From positions 46,369 through 110,368 of the forward strand of contig JBMORA010000035.1 in the NCBI GenBank assembly GCA_049320885.1: DNA of 64,000 nt, given 5' to 3'. This DNA is from Thermodesulfobacteriota bacterium (GTDB taxonomy: Bacteria; Desulfobacterota; Desulfobacteria; Desulfobacterales; SURF-7). The first letter of the stretch is position 1, and every line of letters begins with the position of its first letter. A program made the translations under genes and the position numbers. Positions 50,525 through 61,439 of this stretch are shown one piece after another. Under the pieces are notes generated by a model. It was not told the DNA's origin, did no database searches, and saw nothing but the letters and a program-made list of their open reading frames with translations.

Positions 50525-51151
50525 ATGATGCACATGGGGATGATCGAGTTGCGGGTCGGGCTGCCGGAGTGGGTTGATGAATGGCTGAAAGGCGTCCCGA
50601 AGTCAGGCGGCGGTGTGGAAGACAACATGCGCCTGGTGGTGGAGCTGGCGCGGGAAAATGTCCGGCACGGGCTCGGCGGACCTTTCGCGGCGGCGGTTTT
50701 CGCCGAGGACGGACAACTCGTTTCCGTGGGGATCAACCGGGTGGTGGCTGAGCATTGTTCCATCCTGCACGCCGAGATCATTGCCCTGGCCCTGGCCCAG
50801 AAGCGTCTGGGACGCTACGACCTGAGCGATGGCGGTTTAAGGCGCTATGAGCTGTTTGCCTCCACGGAACCTTGCGCCATGTGCTTCGGGGCCGTTCCCT
50901 GGTCGGGGGTTTCTACGCTGGCATGCGGCGCCCGGGATGAGGATGCGCGCAGGATCGGGTTCGATGAGGGACCGAAGACGGAACAGTGGGCCGAGGCCCT
51001 CCGGCAACGCGGAATCAGGGTGATCCGGGATGTATTGCGGGATGAAGCCAGGCAGGTGCTGGAAGACTACCTCGCGGCGGGAGGGGTCGTTTATAATTCA
51101 GGACTGCCGACACTTCAGGAATCAGCAACCAGCAATCAGAATTCAGGATAA
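50525..51151 (+). CDS. Nucleoside/guanine deaminase family protein
   Basis: GGPF, HAE and EPCAMC motifs. Confidence 0.88.
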   Translation: MMHMGMIELRVGLPEWVDEWLKGVPKSGGGVEDNMRLVVELARENVRHGLGGPFAAAVFAEDGQLVSVGINRVVAEHCSILHAEIIALALAQKRLGRYDLSDGGLRRYELFASTEPCAMCFGAVPWSGVSTLACGARDEDARRIGFDEGPKTEQWAEALRQRGIRVIRDVLRDEARQVLEDYLAAGGVVYNSGLPTLQESATSNQNSG

Positions 51152-51157
51152 AAATTA

Positions 51158-52510
51158 TCAGGTTATTTCATTTTCCGGAAGCTGGTTTTCGATGCATTTC
51201 CGGATGGCGGCATATACATCCGGGTGGTTTGCCAGGTGGAAGTGATTCATCCCGCCGAAAACCATGTTCATGGCGAACGGGAACCGGCGGCCGACGAATG
51301 CTGTTCCGGCCGCGCTTTCCGGTCTCACCACCAGATCTCCCAGCAGCCGTCCCATGGGATGATCGGCGTCACGGGTGACCGTCGCGCCTAAAAAATAGTA
51401 AGCCACGCCGTCCACGAACGGGGCTTCGCAGCGCTGGTTTTCCAGCAACCGGTCCGGGTCCCTGTCCGCCCATTCCTCATCGATGGTATAGCCGAATCGC
51501 AAATCCTTGATTCCGGAACTTCGCGTATCCAGAAGCTCTCCGGGCACCTGGGTGCCAGCGGTATCGAATACCTGCAACAAATTACTTACCACATTGGCCG
51601 CCTTTTCCAGCGGCGCTCCGAGATTGGGAGAGCCGAGAGAAAAAATACGGCTCAGCCGGCTCATCCAGGGTTCCTGCCCGGCGGCGCCATGGCAGGCCGC
51701 GCTGCGGGCCACAAGGCCGCCCATGCTGTGACCGATGAGAATGATTTCCGTAAGTTCCGCGGGATACGCTTCCAAAATCCGGGTCAGCAGCGATGAGAGC
51801 AGCCGGCCGTTTTCCGAAATGTGTCTTCCCGTGTTGTAGCGGACGTACAAAGGCGTTATGCCGAGATCGCGTTCCAGCAGGACGCCGAAATTGACGGCCG
51901 CGTCTCCGTAAAACCGCTGGGCCGACAGGCTCCAGGACCATTCGGTGCAGCCAAGCCCGTGAACAAACACACAGATTCTGGGGCCGGCTTCGGGAAGGGC
52001 TCGTCTCAGGGCTTTCGGTTCGACAGGCAGGATATTCCCCTGGTGCCGGAGCGTCATTCCCAGATCGAGGGCATTGTTCCGGTTGTGCAGGTAATCCCCA
52101 TAAAAGGCGTTCAGGGCGCTTTCGCCATGGTCCGCCAGCCATGACCATGTGCCGGCCGCATCCGAGCGGACGGGCGTTCCCGGGTCAAGGGTCCGGCGCA
52201 TTTGTCGGGCGACGGACTCGCTGGCCAATACCTGGAAAGCGGCGTTCAGCGCCTGCCGCACGCCGCGATTCACGGTCCGGATGGTGCCGTACACCCCTTC
52301 GGCGGTTTTGTCGTGGGCGGTCTGAAGGGCCGACCCCGGAGTGGATAAAGGCTCGACAGGGGCAAAGCGGCGCGTGGTCCTTTCAGAAACCGACAGGTGG
52401 GTGCGTTCGACCAGGTTCGTAACCTCCTCGACGACATCGAAGACCAGATCCTTCAATCCTTCCAGACGGGGCATGGCCTTTCCTGTTTCGCCTTTTCGAT
52501 CCTGTTTCAT
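51158..52510 (-). CDS. Alpha/beta hydrolase (PGAP1-like lipase)
   Basis: FVHGL, GHSMGG, LGSP..GAPLE and GDLVV motifs. Confidence 0.85.
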   Translation of the reverse strand: MKQDRKGETGKAMPRLEGLKDLVFDVVEEVTNLVERTHLSVSERTTRRFAPVEPLSTPGSALQTAHDKTAEGVYGTIRTVNRGVRQALNAAFQVLASESVARQMRRTLDPGTPVRSDAAGTWSWLADHGESALNAFYGDYLHNRNNALDLGMTLRHQGNILPVEPKALRRALPEAGPRICVFVHGLGCTEWSWSLSAQRFYGDAAVNFGVLLERDLGITPLYVRYNTGRHISENGRLLSSLLTRILEAYPAELTEIILIGHSMGGLVARSAACHGAAGQEPWMSRLSRIFSLGSPNLGAPLEKAANVVSNLLQVFDTAGTQVPGELLDTRSSGIKDLRFGYTIDEEWADRDPDRLLENQRCEAPFVDGVAYYFLGATVTRDADHPMGRLLGDLVVRPESAAGTAFVGRRFPFAMNMVFGGMNHFHLANHPDVYAAIRKCIENQLPENEIT

Positions 52511-52863
52511 TCGCTTTCCTCTCGCCGGATACCGGTCTGATCGAATGGAGTGCCTTGAAAACCATCATGCGCGCGGCCGCCAAAGGGGCCTTGCCTGAAA
52601 AACAATGGGAGTGTATGCCACGCCGTCCGGGATTGCAAGCACCATCTGTCGCGGCGAATGAAATCACGGCAAACCCGCCGGCCAGGGCCGGGCCGGGGAC
52701 ATGGGGGGTAGGGGCAATAACCGTGTTGACAGTCCGCAACCTTTGGATTATGCTCAATTTCCGGAGTCAGATGGGGCGTCGCGGCCGGCGGGGCGCCGCT
52801 CCTCCATCAATCGCGGATGATCGCAGGAAAATCACGCCTCTCGAATGGAAGGAAACAACTTTG

Positions 52864-53634
52864 ATGATATGGTTGCGAAAACTAGGGATCGTCGTTCTGT
52901 TGTTCGGGGTGCCGGCATTCTTCGCCTGCAGCAGTGATGACGCCGAAGTCACCGGTTGGACCACGGATCAACAGGGGGGGATCACCGGGATCTGGGATTC
53001 GGAAGAGACCGTTTCCGGCAATTGCGCCGGAGAGCAATATCCATTCACAATTTATGATACCTATCAGGTGGAGCAGTCCGGAAGCAGTCTGACGGTGAGG
53101 ATTCAATCCAAATCCGCCGAGGTTTCCGGCACCATCAATGGCAACTGGATCACCTGGAAAGGTTCCTTTCCCGCTGACGGGGGAACCTTGTCGATTGATT
53201 TTTCCGGCACCCTGGTTTCCGAAAACCGGATTTCCGGAACAGCCACATGGGAATGGGCCGGAAACGGCACCAGCTGCAACGGGACAACCCAGATCACGGC
53301 ATCCCGGGAGGAACAGGCCGGCCAATGGGATGCGAGCGGCTGGTGGCAGGGCTCCTGGGCCAGCGGATTGTTCGGTATCAAGGGCGGTTTCACCGCGGCC
53401 ATCACCCAGCAGGGGGCCACATTGACCGGAACCATCAACGTGCCCGATATCGGGATCGAAAATGAGCCCCTGAAAGGCACCGCCTCCGGGAGCAGCATCG
53501 TCTTCGGCGATGTCAACGACCGGATCATTTTCAGCGGCGAACTCAGCGGCACGACAACCGCCGCGGGGACGTACCGGTATCCCGGCATTCTGGACAGCGG
53601 CACCTGGAACGCCGTCCGGACCGGTTCCAACTGA
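52864..53634 (+). CDS. Putative lipoprotein, beta-rich
   Basis: Signal peptide ending FFAC; Gly/Thr/Trp-rich repeats. Confidence 0.65.
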   Translation: MIWLRKLGIVVLLFGVPAFFACSSDDAEVTGWTTDQQGGITGIWDSEETVSGNCAGEQYPFTIYDTYQVEQSGSSLTVRIQSKSAEVSGTINGNWITWKGSFPADGGTLSIDFSGTLVSENRISGTATWEWAGNGTSCNGTTQITASREEQAGQWDASGWWQGSWASGLFGIKGGFTAAITQQGATLTGTINVPDIGIENEPLKGTASGSSIVFGDVNDRIIFSGELSGTTTAAGTYRYPGILDSGTWNAVRTGSN

Positions 53635-53695
53635 CAAGGGAACGTCATTCCTGGTTCGTAATGCCGGGTTCGTGATTGTTTTTTCTGAGGTGTGC

Positions 53696-54193
53696 GTGAG
53701 GGTTGGATGGAAACAGTTCCTGTTCCCGGAGGTCACAAAAGGCCTGGCCATACGCGCTTTTCTGACCGCCGCGCTGGCTTACCTCTTTTTCGCTTTTGTC
53801 TGCATCCCCATGCGGGTCAGCGGACGCAGCATGGAGCCGTTGTATCACGGCGGCCAGTTTCTCTTCTGCTGGGCACCGTCCTATTGGTTGTCGGAACCCC
53901 GGCGTTTTGACGTGGTTTTCGTGCAGATGACCGGCAGACAGGTGGTGCTTCTCAAACGCGTCGCCGCATTGGCCGGCGAAACCGTCGGTTTTCAAAACGG
54001 GGCGCTGATGGTGGATGGCCGGCGGGTGGAAGAAGCCCACGTGAAATTCAAGGGGAATTGGAATTTGCCCGGACGCAAGGTGAAACCGGGCAATGTATAT
54101 GTCATCGGGGACAACCGGGCCGTATCCATGGACGTGCATGTCTTCGGGCAGACCCCGACCAATCGAATTCTGGGAACACCATTGTCATGGTAA
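53696..54193 (+). CDS. lepB: Signal peptidase I
   Basis: GRSMEP, LKRV and IGDNR motifs. Confidence 0.8.
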   Translation: MRVGWKQFLFPEVTKGLAIRAFLTAALAYLFFAFVCIPMRVSGRSMEPLYHGGQFLFCWAPSYWLSEPRRFDVVFVQMTGRQVVLLKRVAALAGETVGFQNGALMVDGRRVEEAHVKFKGNWNLPGRKVKPGNVYVIGDNRAVSMDVHVFGQTPTNRILGTPLSW

Positions 54194-54687
54194 GCAAAAG
54201 AACCATTCGTTTTGTTTTGCTGCTCGCGGGCGTCGCCGCGGTGATCGTTTATCTGGTGGTCTTCAGCGCGGAGAATCAGGTGCGGCGCGTCATTACAAAA
54301 GCCTGCGGGCTGGTTGCAAGAAATGCCAATGACCAGCCCCTGGCCCTGGCGGCCAGAACCAACCAGCTCAAGGCGTATCTGGATGATGAACTGCAAATCC
54401 ATATTCCGTCCTATCGGTTCCAGGGCCTGTATGCCAGGCAGGATATCGCCGCCAGTCTGCTGGCCGCTTTTTCCCATGCCGAGGTGATTTCCGTAACGGT
54501 TTTCGATCTGACCGTGGAGGTGTTGCCGGATGGGGAGGCCACAGCCGGTTTCACCGCCGAGATTTCCCGAAAGCTCCGGGACCAGGTCATGGAGACGGAC
54601 TACCTGCAGCTCTCCTGCCGATTGCGGAAGCCGTCGGATGACTGGGTGTTGTATCAGGTGGAGGTTGTCGAGGCGCTGGAGAAATGA
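54187..54687 (+). CDS. Membrane-anchored hypothetical protein
   Basis: N-terminal TM segment; overlaps the signal peptidase stop. Confidence 0.6.
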   Translation: MVSKRTIRFVLLLAGVAAVIVYLVVFSAENQVRRVITKACGLVARNANDQPLALAARTNQLKAYLDDELQIHIPSYRFQGLYARQDIAASLLAAFSHAEVISVTVFDLTVEVLPDGEATAGFTAEISRKLRDQVMETDYLQLSCRLRKPSDDWVLYQVEVVEALEK

Positions 54688-54708
54688 TCACCCGACAAGG
54701 AGGATGAC

Positions 54709-56091
54709 ATGGAAAAACAAGTAAATTCCGGAAGGCGCCGAATCCCCGGAAGAGGCATCGACCGGCGGGAATTCATCCGGCTTTCTTCCCTGGCGGCCAT
54801 GGGCGCGGCGGCCATGCCCGGGATGTTCGGTTGCGCCGCCTATCAGCCGCCGCAGGATTGCCGGTCCCGGATCACCCGGACAGGCGCCGGCTTCCAGCGG
54901 AAACCGTTTGAACCGGCGGCCCTGGGTTCCGTGAAAGCCCGCAACCGGTTCATCCGCTCGGCCACAACCCTGGGCCTGGCCCTGCCGAACGGCCGGCCTT
55001 CTCCGGAACTGGCGGATGTCTATACGGAATTGTGTGAAGGCGGGGTCGGGGCCATTATCACGGACGCTGCCGCGATCCGGCAAAGCGGGAAACTGGGGAC
55101 GCCGTATTGTCTGGTGTTCGAGGCGGATGACGCTGTCGCGGATTTCCGCATTCTCACCGAAAGGGCCCATGCCCACAATACCCCCATCCTTCTGCAGATC
55201 GCCCACGGCGGACGCCAGACCCGGCGGGCGTACACAGGCACGGCGCCGGTGGCCCCCTCGCCCGTTGCGGACAGCTATTACAACGAAGAAACCCCCCGGG
55301 AACTCACCGACCTGGAGATCCGCCAGATCATCAGCGATTTTGTCGCCGCCATCGTCCGCGCCCGGAAGGCGGGTTTCGACGGCGTCCAGTTACATGGAGC
55401 CCACGGATACCTGCTGTCCGGATTCCTGTCCCCCGCCACCAATCGCCGCACGGATCAATGGGGTGGATCCACGGAAAACCGGTTTCGCATCGTCGCGGAA
55501 ATTTTCCGCAGCGCCCGGAAGCAGGTCGGCGATTATCCCATCCTGATCAAGATGAACGCATATGATCATCAGGCCGACGGTCTGCGGGTGGAAGAGGCGG
55601 GCCGCATCGCGGTCCTGCTCCAGGAAGCGGGTTGCGACGCCGTCGAGGTGTCCTGCGGCATGGCGTGTGACGGCTTTTCCACCATCCGCGTGGCGGAAAT
55701 TCCCTCGGAAGCGGTGCTCGCCTTCAGCTTTCAATACAAGGACAAACCCTACCTGGTCAAGCAGCTCCTGCCCCTGGTCGCCCCCCTGATGGTCGACCGG
55801 CCGGAGCCGCTGCTCAATTACAATGTCTGTGCCACCGCCGATATCAAGCGGCAGGTCTCGATCCCGGTGATCACCGTGGGGGGGATCCGGCAACTCCGCG
55901 ACATCGAAGGAATCATCGGCGGGAATATGGCCGATTTTGTCGCCATGGGCCGTCCGTTCATCATCGAACCGGACATCGTCAACCGTTTCCGGGACGAGAG
56001 CGCGGCGGAATCTTCCTGCATCAACTGCGGGTATTGCCTCCTGGCCATCGAGCAGGGCGCCACCCGCTGTTTTCACGGCGAGATATCCTGA
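54709..56091 (+). CDS. NADH:flavin oxidoreductase (Old Yellow Enzyme family) with a twin-arginine leader
   Basis: NRFIRSAT, QIAHGG, GVQLHGAHGYLL and NRRTDQWGGS motifs; DRREFI leader. Confidence 0.9.
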   Translation: MEKQVNSGRRRIPGRGIDRREFIRLSSLAAMGAAAMPGMFGCAAYQPPQDCRSRITRTGAGFQRKPFEPAALGSVKARNRFIRSATTLGLALPNGRPSPELADVYTELCEGGVGAIITDAAAIRQSGKLGTPYCLVFEADDAVADFRILTERAHAHNTPILLQIAHGGRQTRRAYTGTAPVAPSPVADSYYNEETPRELTDLEIRQIISDFVAAIVRARKAGFDGVQLHGAHGYLLSGFLSPATNRRTDQWGGSTENRFRIVAEIFRSARKQVGDYPILIKMNAYDHQADGLRVEEAGRIAVLLQEAGCDAVEVSCGMACDGFSTIRVAEIPSEAVLAFSFQYKDKPYLVKQLLPLVAPLMVDRPEPLLNYNVCATADIKRQVSIPVITVGGIRQLRDIEGIIGGNMADFVAMGRPFIIEPDIVNRFRDESAAESSCINCGYCLLAIEQGATRCFHGEIS

Positions 56092-56100
56092 ACACCCGCC

Positions 56101-56598
56101 TCAGGCGGCGACGGCTTCGGCCTTGAGGATGACCACCGGTTCGAGGGGGACGTCATCGTGCATTCCGCGCCGCCCGGTGGCCACGGTTTTGATTTGATCC
56201 ACCACTTCCCGGCCCTGGGTCACCTTGCCGAAGACCGCATAACCCCAGCCCTGGGGATTTTTGGCGCGGTGGTTGAGGAAATCGTTCCGGCTGACGTTGA
56301 TGAAAAACTGGGCCGTGGCGCTGTGGGGATCCATGGTGCGCGCCATGGCGATGGTGTAAGCGTCGTTGGCCAGGCCGTTGTCCGCCTCGTTTTCCACCGG
56401 CTCCAGGGTCGATTTTTCCTTCATGGAAGCGGTCATGCCGCCGCCCTGGATCATGAATCCGTCGATGACCCGGTGAAAAATGGTGCCGTCGTAATGTCCG
56501 GAATTCACGTATTCCAGGAAATTGGCCACGGTTTTCGGCGCTTTGTCCGCATACAGTTCAATCCGGATTTCTCCCATGCTGGTTTCCAATTTTACCAC
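56101..56598 (-). CDS. ppiB: Cyclophilin-type peptidyl-prolyl isomerase
   Basis: [19 protein letters not shown] and QFFIN motifs. Confidence 0.92.
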   Translation of the reverse strand: MVKLETSMGEIRIELYADKAPKTVANFLEYVNSGHYDGTIFHRVIDGFMIQGGGMTASMKEKSTLEPVENEADNGLANDAYTIAMARTMDPHSATAQFFINVSRNDFLNHRAKNPQGWGYAVFGKVTQGREVVDQIKTVATGRRGMHDDVPLEPVVILKAEAVAA

Positions 56599-56647
56599 GT
56601 TTTTTCTCCTCGATGCATTTTTGCTGTGAACCTGCCGGCTTCGGCGA

Positions 56648-57937
56648 TCAGGCCCCGGCGTTGTGCAGGTTCATGTCGGTTTCCGAGGTGGAGTCCGGAA
56701 GGGGTTTTTCGATTTCCACCTCGATGATGTGCTTGTTGTCGGCCTTGGTGATGCGGTAAGTTGTGTCCCGGATGTTCAATTCCTCACCGGATTCCGGAAT
56801 ACGCCGGAGGTGGGACAGAATATATCCGGAAATGGTTTCATAATCTTCCTCTTCACTGATGCCGAGATCCAGTTTCTCGTTGATTTCCTCTATTTCCGTT
56901 TCCCCGCGGACGATGCTCCGGCGGTCGTCGATCCGGCGGATCATGATCTGTTCCTTGTCGGTTTCGTCATAGATATCCCCGACGATTTCTTCCAGGATGT
57001 CCTCGATGGTGATCAGCCCGCTGATCCCGCCGTGTTCGTCCGCCACCATGGCGATGTGGACCTTGGCTTTCTGGAACTCCTTGAGGAGATCGTCCAGCAG
57101 CATGGTTTCGGGGATGAACATGGCCGGCCGCACGAGATCCTTCACCCGCCGGTCCTCGAAACCGGAAAGGGCGGCCTTGAGAACATCCTTGGTATACAGA
57201 ATCCCGACGATGTTGTCGTGTTTGCCTTCGAAAGCCGGGACCCGGGAAAACCCCTTGTTGACGATATCGTCCGCGACGTCGCAAAGGGTGGCCTCGGCGT
57301 CCACCAGGAACATCTTGGTGCGGTCCACCATGATTTCATACGCTTCCAGATCGCTGAAGCGGAAAATGTTGTGAATCATGATGCGCTCGTCCTCTTCGAC
57401 TTCGCCGGCTTCCTCGCCCAGATTCACGACCGTTTTGATTTCCTCTTCCGTGATGATCTGGCCGATGTGGTCTTCAAACGGTTTGGACATGAGCCGCGTG
57501 ACCCATTCCAGGAGGATGATGGCGGGGAAAAACAATACCTGGATGGCCCGGATGATCGGCGCAGCGGCGACGGCGATCTGTTCGTTCTTGGAGAAAGCGA
57601 TGTTTTTGGGGACGATCTCGCCGAAAATCAGAATGACCAGGGTCATGACGCCGACGACGATGCCGATGGCGTTGGAGTGGAATATGGAAATGGCGACGGA
57701 AGTGGCGATGGACGAGGCTGCGATGTTGACGAGGTTGTTGCCGATGAGAATGGTGATGATCAGGCGTTTGGGGTTTTCCTTCAGGGATTGGACCCGTTTT
57801 ATGCCGCGGCGTTCCTGCTCGATGAGGTGTTGAATCCGGATTTTGGAAAGGGAAACGAAGGCGGTTTCCGTGGCCGAGAAAAAAGCCGAAAACACCAGGC
57901 ACGCAATTAACAGGAAAGTTTGATCAACGATGTCCAT
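56648..57937 (-). CDS. Hemolysin-family CNNM/CBS/CorC protein
   Basis: [19 protein letters not shown] and [19 protein letters not shown] motifs. Confidence 0.92.
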   Translation of the reverse strand: MDIVDQTFLLIACLVFSAFFSATETAFVSLSKIRIQHLIEQERRGIKRVQSLKENPKRLIITILIGNNLVNIAASSIATSVAISIFHSNAIGIVVGVMTLVILIFGEIVPKNIAFSKNEQIAVAAAPIIRAIQVLFFPAIILLEWVTRLMSKPFEDHIGQIITEEEIKTVVNLGEEAGEVEEDERIMIHNIFRFSDLEAYEIMVDRTKMFLVDAEATLCDVADDIVNKGFSRVPAFEGKHDNIVGILYTKDVLKAALSGFEDRRVKDLVRPAMFIPETMLLDDLLKEFQKAKVHIAMVADEHGGISGLITIEDILEEIVGDIYDETDKEQIMIRRIDDRRSIVRGETEIEEINEKLDLGISEEEDYETISGYILSHLRRIPESGEELNIRDTTYRITKADNKHIIEVEIEKPLPDSTSETDMNLHNAGA

Positions 57938-58125
57938 ATGGTATCAATATTCGGATGCAAAACGTATAAAAGATACATATGACCGAAACCGTTTTCAGTG
58001 TCAAGTTCGAATCCACGGAGGGAAAGGACGGATACCGGTTGCCGCGGGATGGGCGGGCGCCGCCGGTTGTTCCTGGCGGGATGGTATCCGGGGCCGGATA
58101 GCCGGGATGAAAAAAATCGGTAAAT

Positions 58126-58159
58126 TTGTCTTGACAACTTAACAAGTATGGGTGTACCT
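58126..58159 (+). promoter_or_regulatory. Putative promoter with an overlapping GntR-type operator
   Basis: TTGACA -35 box inside the near-palindrome TTGTCTTGACAA. Confidence 0.45.
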
Positions 58160-58207
58160 ACGAACCAGGCAAGAACAGTCAGCGGCAAAGCTGATGAAAG
58201 GACCGTG

Positions 58208-58963
58208 ATGGAACCCCGTGACACCCAGCAACTCAATGTGGATTCGCCCCTGCCGTTGTATCATCAATTGGCCGAGGTGATTCTTTCCCGCATTCGTTCC
58301 GGGGAATATCCCTCCGGTTCCCGGATACCCTCCGAGAACCGTCTGGCGGCGGATTTCGCCATCGGGCGGCCGACGGCCCGCCAGGCCACGGACCTGCTGG
58401 TGCGGAAGCGTGTGCTGGTCCGCCGGAGGGGGGCCGGCACCTTTGTGCAGGAAAGCCCTCCCCGGGAAGTGGATCTGTTTTCCCTGGCCGGCACCATCTC
58501 CTGTTTCCGGGACAAGGGGCTTCCCGTATCCACCCGTATCCTGGAAAAACCCCAGCTGCGCGCCAAGGATTCGGGGGAGGAAAATCCGTTTGCCGGCGGA
58601 CCGGCTTACTACCTGTCCCGCCTCACCCTGGTGGAGGACCAGCCGGTGCTGCTGGAGGAAATCCACCTGCATCCAACGCTGTTCACCGGCATCGATCGTC
58701 TGGATCTCGCCGGGATGTCCCTTTCCCGGGTGGTGGAGGAGCAGTATTTCATGCGGCCGTCGGGCGGCACCCAGCATTTTCGCATCGGCCGGCCGGAAGG
58801 CCCCCGGGCCCGGTTGCTGGAGATCGCAGCGGATACGCCCATTCTGGTGGTGGACCGGTTTCTGCATTTCAAGCAAATCCGCCGGGCCATCTACGCGCGG
58901 CTTTACTGCCGCACGGACCGGTTTGTTTTTTCCCAGCAGTTAGGAGGAATGGATCATGAATAA
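58208..58963 (+). CDS. GntR/HutC-family regulator (UTRA domain)
   Basis: PLYHQL, IPSE..LA, T.RQA and GAGTFV motifs. Confidence 0.9.
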   Translation: MEPRDTQQLNVDSPLPLYHQLAEVILSRIRSGEYPSGSRIPSENRLAADFAIGRPTARQATDLLVRKRVLVRRRGAGTFVQESPPREVDLFSLAGTISCFRDKGLPVSTRILEKPQLRAKDSGEENPFAGGPAYYLSRLTLVEDQPVLLEEIHLHPTLFTGIDRLDLAGMSLSRVVEEQYFMRPSGGTQHFRIGRPEGPRARLLEIAADTPILVVDRFLHFKQIRRAIYARLYCRTDRFVFSQQLGGMDHE

Positions 58964-60182
58964 CCGAGGATATTACGATCAATTCGGCGGCGCCTATCTG
59001 CCGGAAATTCTCACCGCCACCTTCGACGATCTCGAGGCGGCGTTTGAGGCCGCCAAGACCGATCCGGATTTCTGGCGGGAATACGTCGAGCTGATGGGCA
59101 CGTATTCCTGCCGCCCCACGCCCCTGACCCTGGCCGACAATCTGACCCGGCATTTCGGCGGCGCCAGAATCTATATCAAGCGGGAGGACCTGAATCATAC
59201 CGGCGCCCACAAGGCCAACAACGTCATGGGGCAGGGGCTGTTGGTCAAGCGCATGGGCAAGACCCGGGTGATCGCCGAGACCGGTGCCGGCCAGCACGGG
59301 GTGGCGACCGCCACCATGGCCGCCAAATTCGGGTTCCAATGCACCATCTATATGGGCGAGGTGGATGTAGAGCGCCAGCGGCCCAATGTGTTCTGGATGG
59401 AACGGCTGGGCGCCGAGGTGGTCCCCGTCCGGGAGGGGACGCGCATTCTGAAGGACGCCATCAACGAAGCTTTCCGGGACTGGGTCGGCAACATGGACAC
59501 CACCCACTATGTGCTGGGAACCGCCTGCGGACCCCATCCGTTTCCGGAGATGGTGACGTATTTCCAGTCCATTATCGGCAAGGAGGCCCGGCGCCAGGTG
59601 CTGGCGGCCACGGGAAAACTGCCGGCCCGGGTGTATGCCTGCGTGGGCGGCGGCTCCAACGCCATGGGGATTTTCAGCGGATTCCTGGAGGACCCGGTGG
59701 AACTCGTGGGCGTGGAGGCGGGCGGCCTGGGCCGCGAATCCGGCCGGCACGCCTCGCGGTTGGCCTATCCGGACGCCTTCATCGGCGTGGCCCAGGGATA
59801 CAAGACTTATTTCCTGCAGGATGAGGATGGCCAGATGCGGGAAACCCACAGCGTGGCGGCGGGTCTTGACTATGTCGGGGTTTCGCCCATCCTGGCCCAT
59901 CTGAAGGAACGGGGGCGGGTGCGGTTTGCGGCCGCCACGGACAGGGAAGTGGTCGAGGCCCTGGCCCTCACCATCCGCAAGGAGGGGCTGATTCCGGCCC
60001 TGGAATCGGCCCATGCCTTTGTCCAGGCCTTCAAGGAGGCGCCCGGACTGACGCCGGAGGATGTCATCCTGATCAACCAGTCCGGCCGGGGGGACAAGGA
60101 CATTTTCACCATTGCCGACGCCTTCGGCGATCCCGCCTGGAGGGCGTTCATCCAGGAAAAAGCGGAGGCCTACCATGCTTGA
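58956..60182 (+). CDS. trpB: Tryptophan synthase beta subunit
   Basis: KREDLNHTGAHK, ETGAGQHG and CVGGGSNA motifs. Confidence 0.96.
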   Translation: MNNRGYYDQFGGAYLPEILTATFDDLEAAFEAAKTDPDFWREYVELMGTYSCRPTPLTLADNLTRHFGGARIYIKREDLNHTGAHKANNVMGQGLLVKRMGKTRVIAETGAGQHGVATATMAAKFGFQCTIYMGEVDVERQRPNVFWMERLGAEVVPVREGTRILKDAINEAFRDWVGNMDTTHYVLGTACGPHPFPEMVTYFQSIIGKEARRQVLAATGKLPARVYACVGGGSNAMGIFSGFLEDPVELVGVEAGGLGRESGRHASRLAYPDAFIGVAQGYKTYFLQDEDGQMRETHSVAAGLDYVGVSPILAHLKERGRVRFAAATDREVVEALALTIRKEGLIPALESAHAFVQAFKEAPGLTPEDVILINQSGRGDKDIFTIADAFGDPAWRAFIQEKAEAYHA

Positions 60183-60939
60183 AGCCTATATCCGGGAACA
60201 GCGCCGGAAAAAAGACATCCTGCTCATGACCCATATCGTATTGGGCTACCCCAGTTTCGAAGCCTCTTTCGAGATCATCCGCTCCATGGCGGCGGCCGGA
60301 GTGGATTTGATGGAGCTGCAGATCCCGTTTTCCGAGCCCATTGCCGACGGGCCGGTGATCCTGCACGCCAACCAGAAAGCCCTGGCGGCCGGCGCGAAGG
60401 TGCGGCAATGCCTCGACTTTGCGGCCGAGGCGGCCAAGGCCGTGGACATTCCGCTGCTTTTCATGAGCTACTACAATATCCTGTTTCGCTACGGGGTTCC
60501 GGAATTCGTTGCCGCCATGTCATCAGCCGGCTTGAAAGGCGCCATCGTGCCGGATCTGCCGCCGGAGGAAGCCGCCGAATATGTCGCCGCCATGGAGGCC
60601 CGGTCCCTGGCGCCGATTTTCATCTTTGCCCCGACGACGCCCCCGGAGCGGATGCGGATGATCGCCGCCGTGGCCCGGGGCTTTGTCTACTGCGTGGCCC
60701 GCAAAGGGGTTACCGGCGCCGAGACCGCCTTTTCCCGGGAGCTGTCGGCCTATCTGGCCCGTTGCCGGGAAGCCACGAACCTGCCCCTGGCCCTGGGGTT
60801 CGGGGTCAAGGACAAGCAGGACGTGGATTTCCTCAAGGGCAAGGCGGATATCGCCGTGGTGGGCTCCGAGACCATCCGGCTGATCGACCGGGAGGGCGTG
60901 GCCGCGGTTGGGCCGTTCATCCGGGGGTTGCGGGCATGA
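60175..60939 (+). CDS. trpA: Tryptophan synthase alpha subunit
   Basis: PFSEPIADGPVI, VPDLPPEE, GVTG and GFGV motifs. Confidence 0.94.
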   Translation: MLEAYIREQRRKKDILLMTHIVLGYPSFEASFEIIRSMAAAGVDLMELQIPFSEPIADGPVILHANQKALAAGAKVRQCLDFAAEAAKAVDIPLLFMSYYNILFRYGVPEFVAAMSSAGLKGAIVPDLPPEEAAEYVAAMEARSLAPIFIFAPTTPPERMRMIAAVARGFVYCVARKGVTGAETAFSRELSAYLARCREATNLPLALGFGVKDKQDVDFLKGKADIAVVGSETIRLIDREGVAAVGPFIRGLRA

Positions 60940-61012
60940 ACGCTAATCGTAAGAAGCAATGGGTTTGACCTGATTTAAGTTAAAAAATTAAGGGCGTCCC
61001 CAATTTACGATT

Positions 61013-61330
61013 TCAATGGATTCTCGATGCGCACCCCCGGATAATCTGCCCATCATTGAGATCCTCCGTCCATAAGATGTCGCAATGGGTGCTTTCGGCG
61101 GCCACGATTATCAGGGCATCCCAAAACGACAGCCGGTTGATGATGGAACAATCAATGGCGTCCCTGATGAGCGCGGGGTTGATCAGCACCGTTTCAAACC
61201 GTTCCAAAGCCCTAAGAATATCCTTTATGATAAGGGGGTCCGCCCCGAGTTTGTTCGTAGCGGCGACGTAAAATTCCTGCATAACCTGGGTGGAGATGAC
61301 CCCACGTCTATTGCTGGCGAGACTTTTCAT
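61013..61330 (-). pseudogene. PIN-domain (VapC-like) toxin fragment
   Basis: ISTQVMQEF, SFWDALI and LWTEDLNDGQ motifs; N-terminal DTN motif missing. Confidence 0.75.
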
Positions 61331-61439
61331 CAGAACATGTTGTACTATGCTTTGATGTCGAGATCATCGATCACCATTGAGGAGCTGCCGAATTATAGAC
61401 CCGACAAACCCAATATGGTCTGAATAAAATCATGGGGTT

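Noticed and set aside
61335..61425. HigB/HigA remnant (FDVEIIDHH*)
   Set aside because: The resemblance covers only about 9 residues, too short to support a call.
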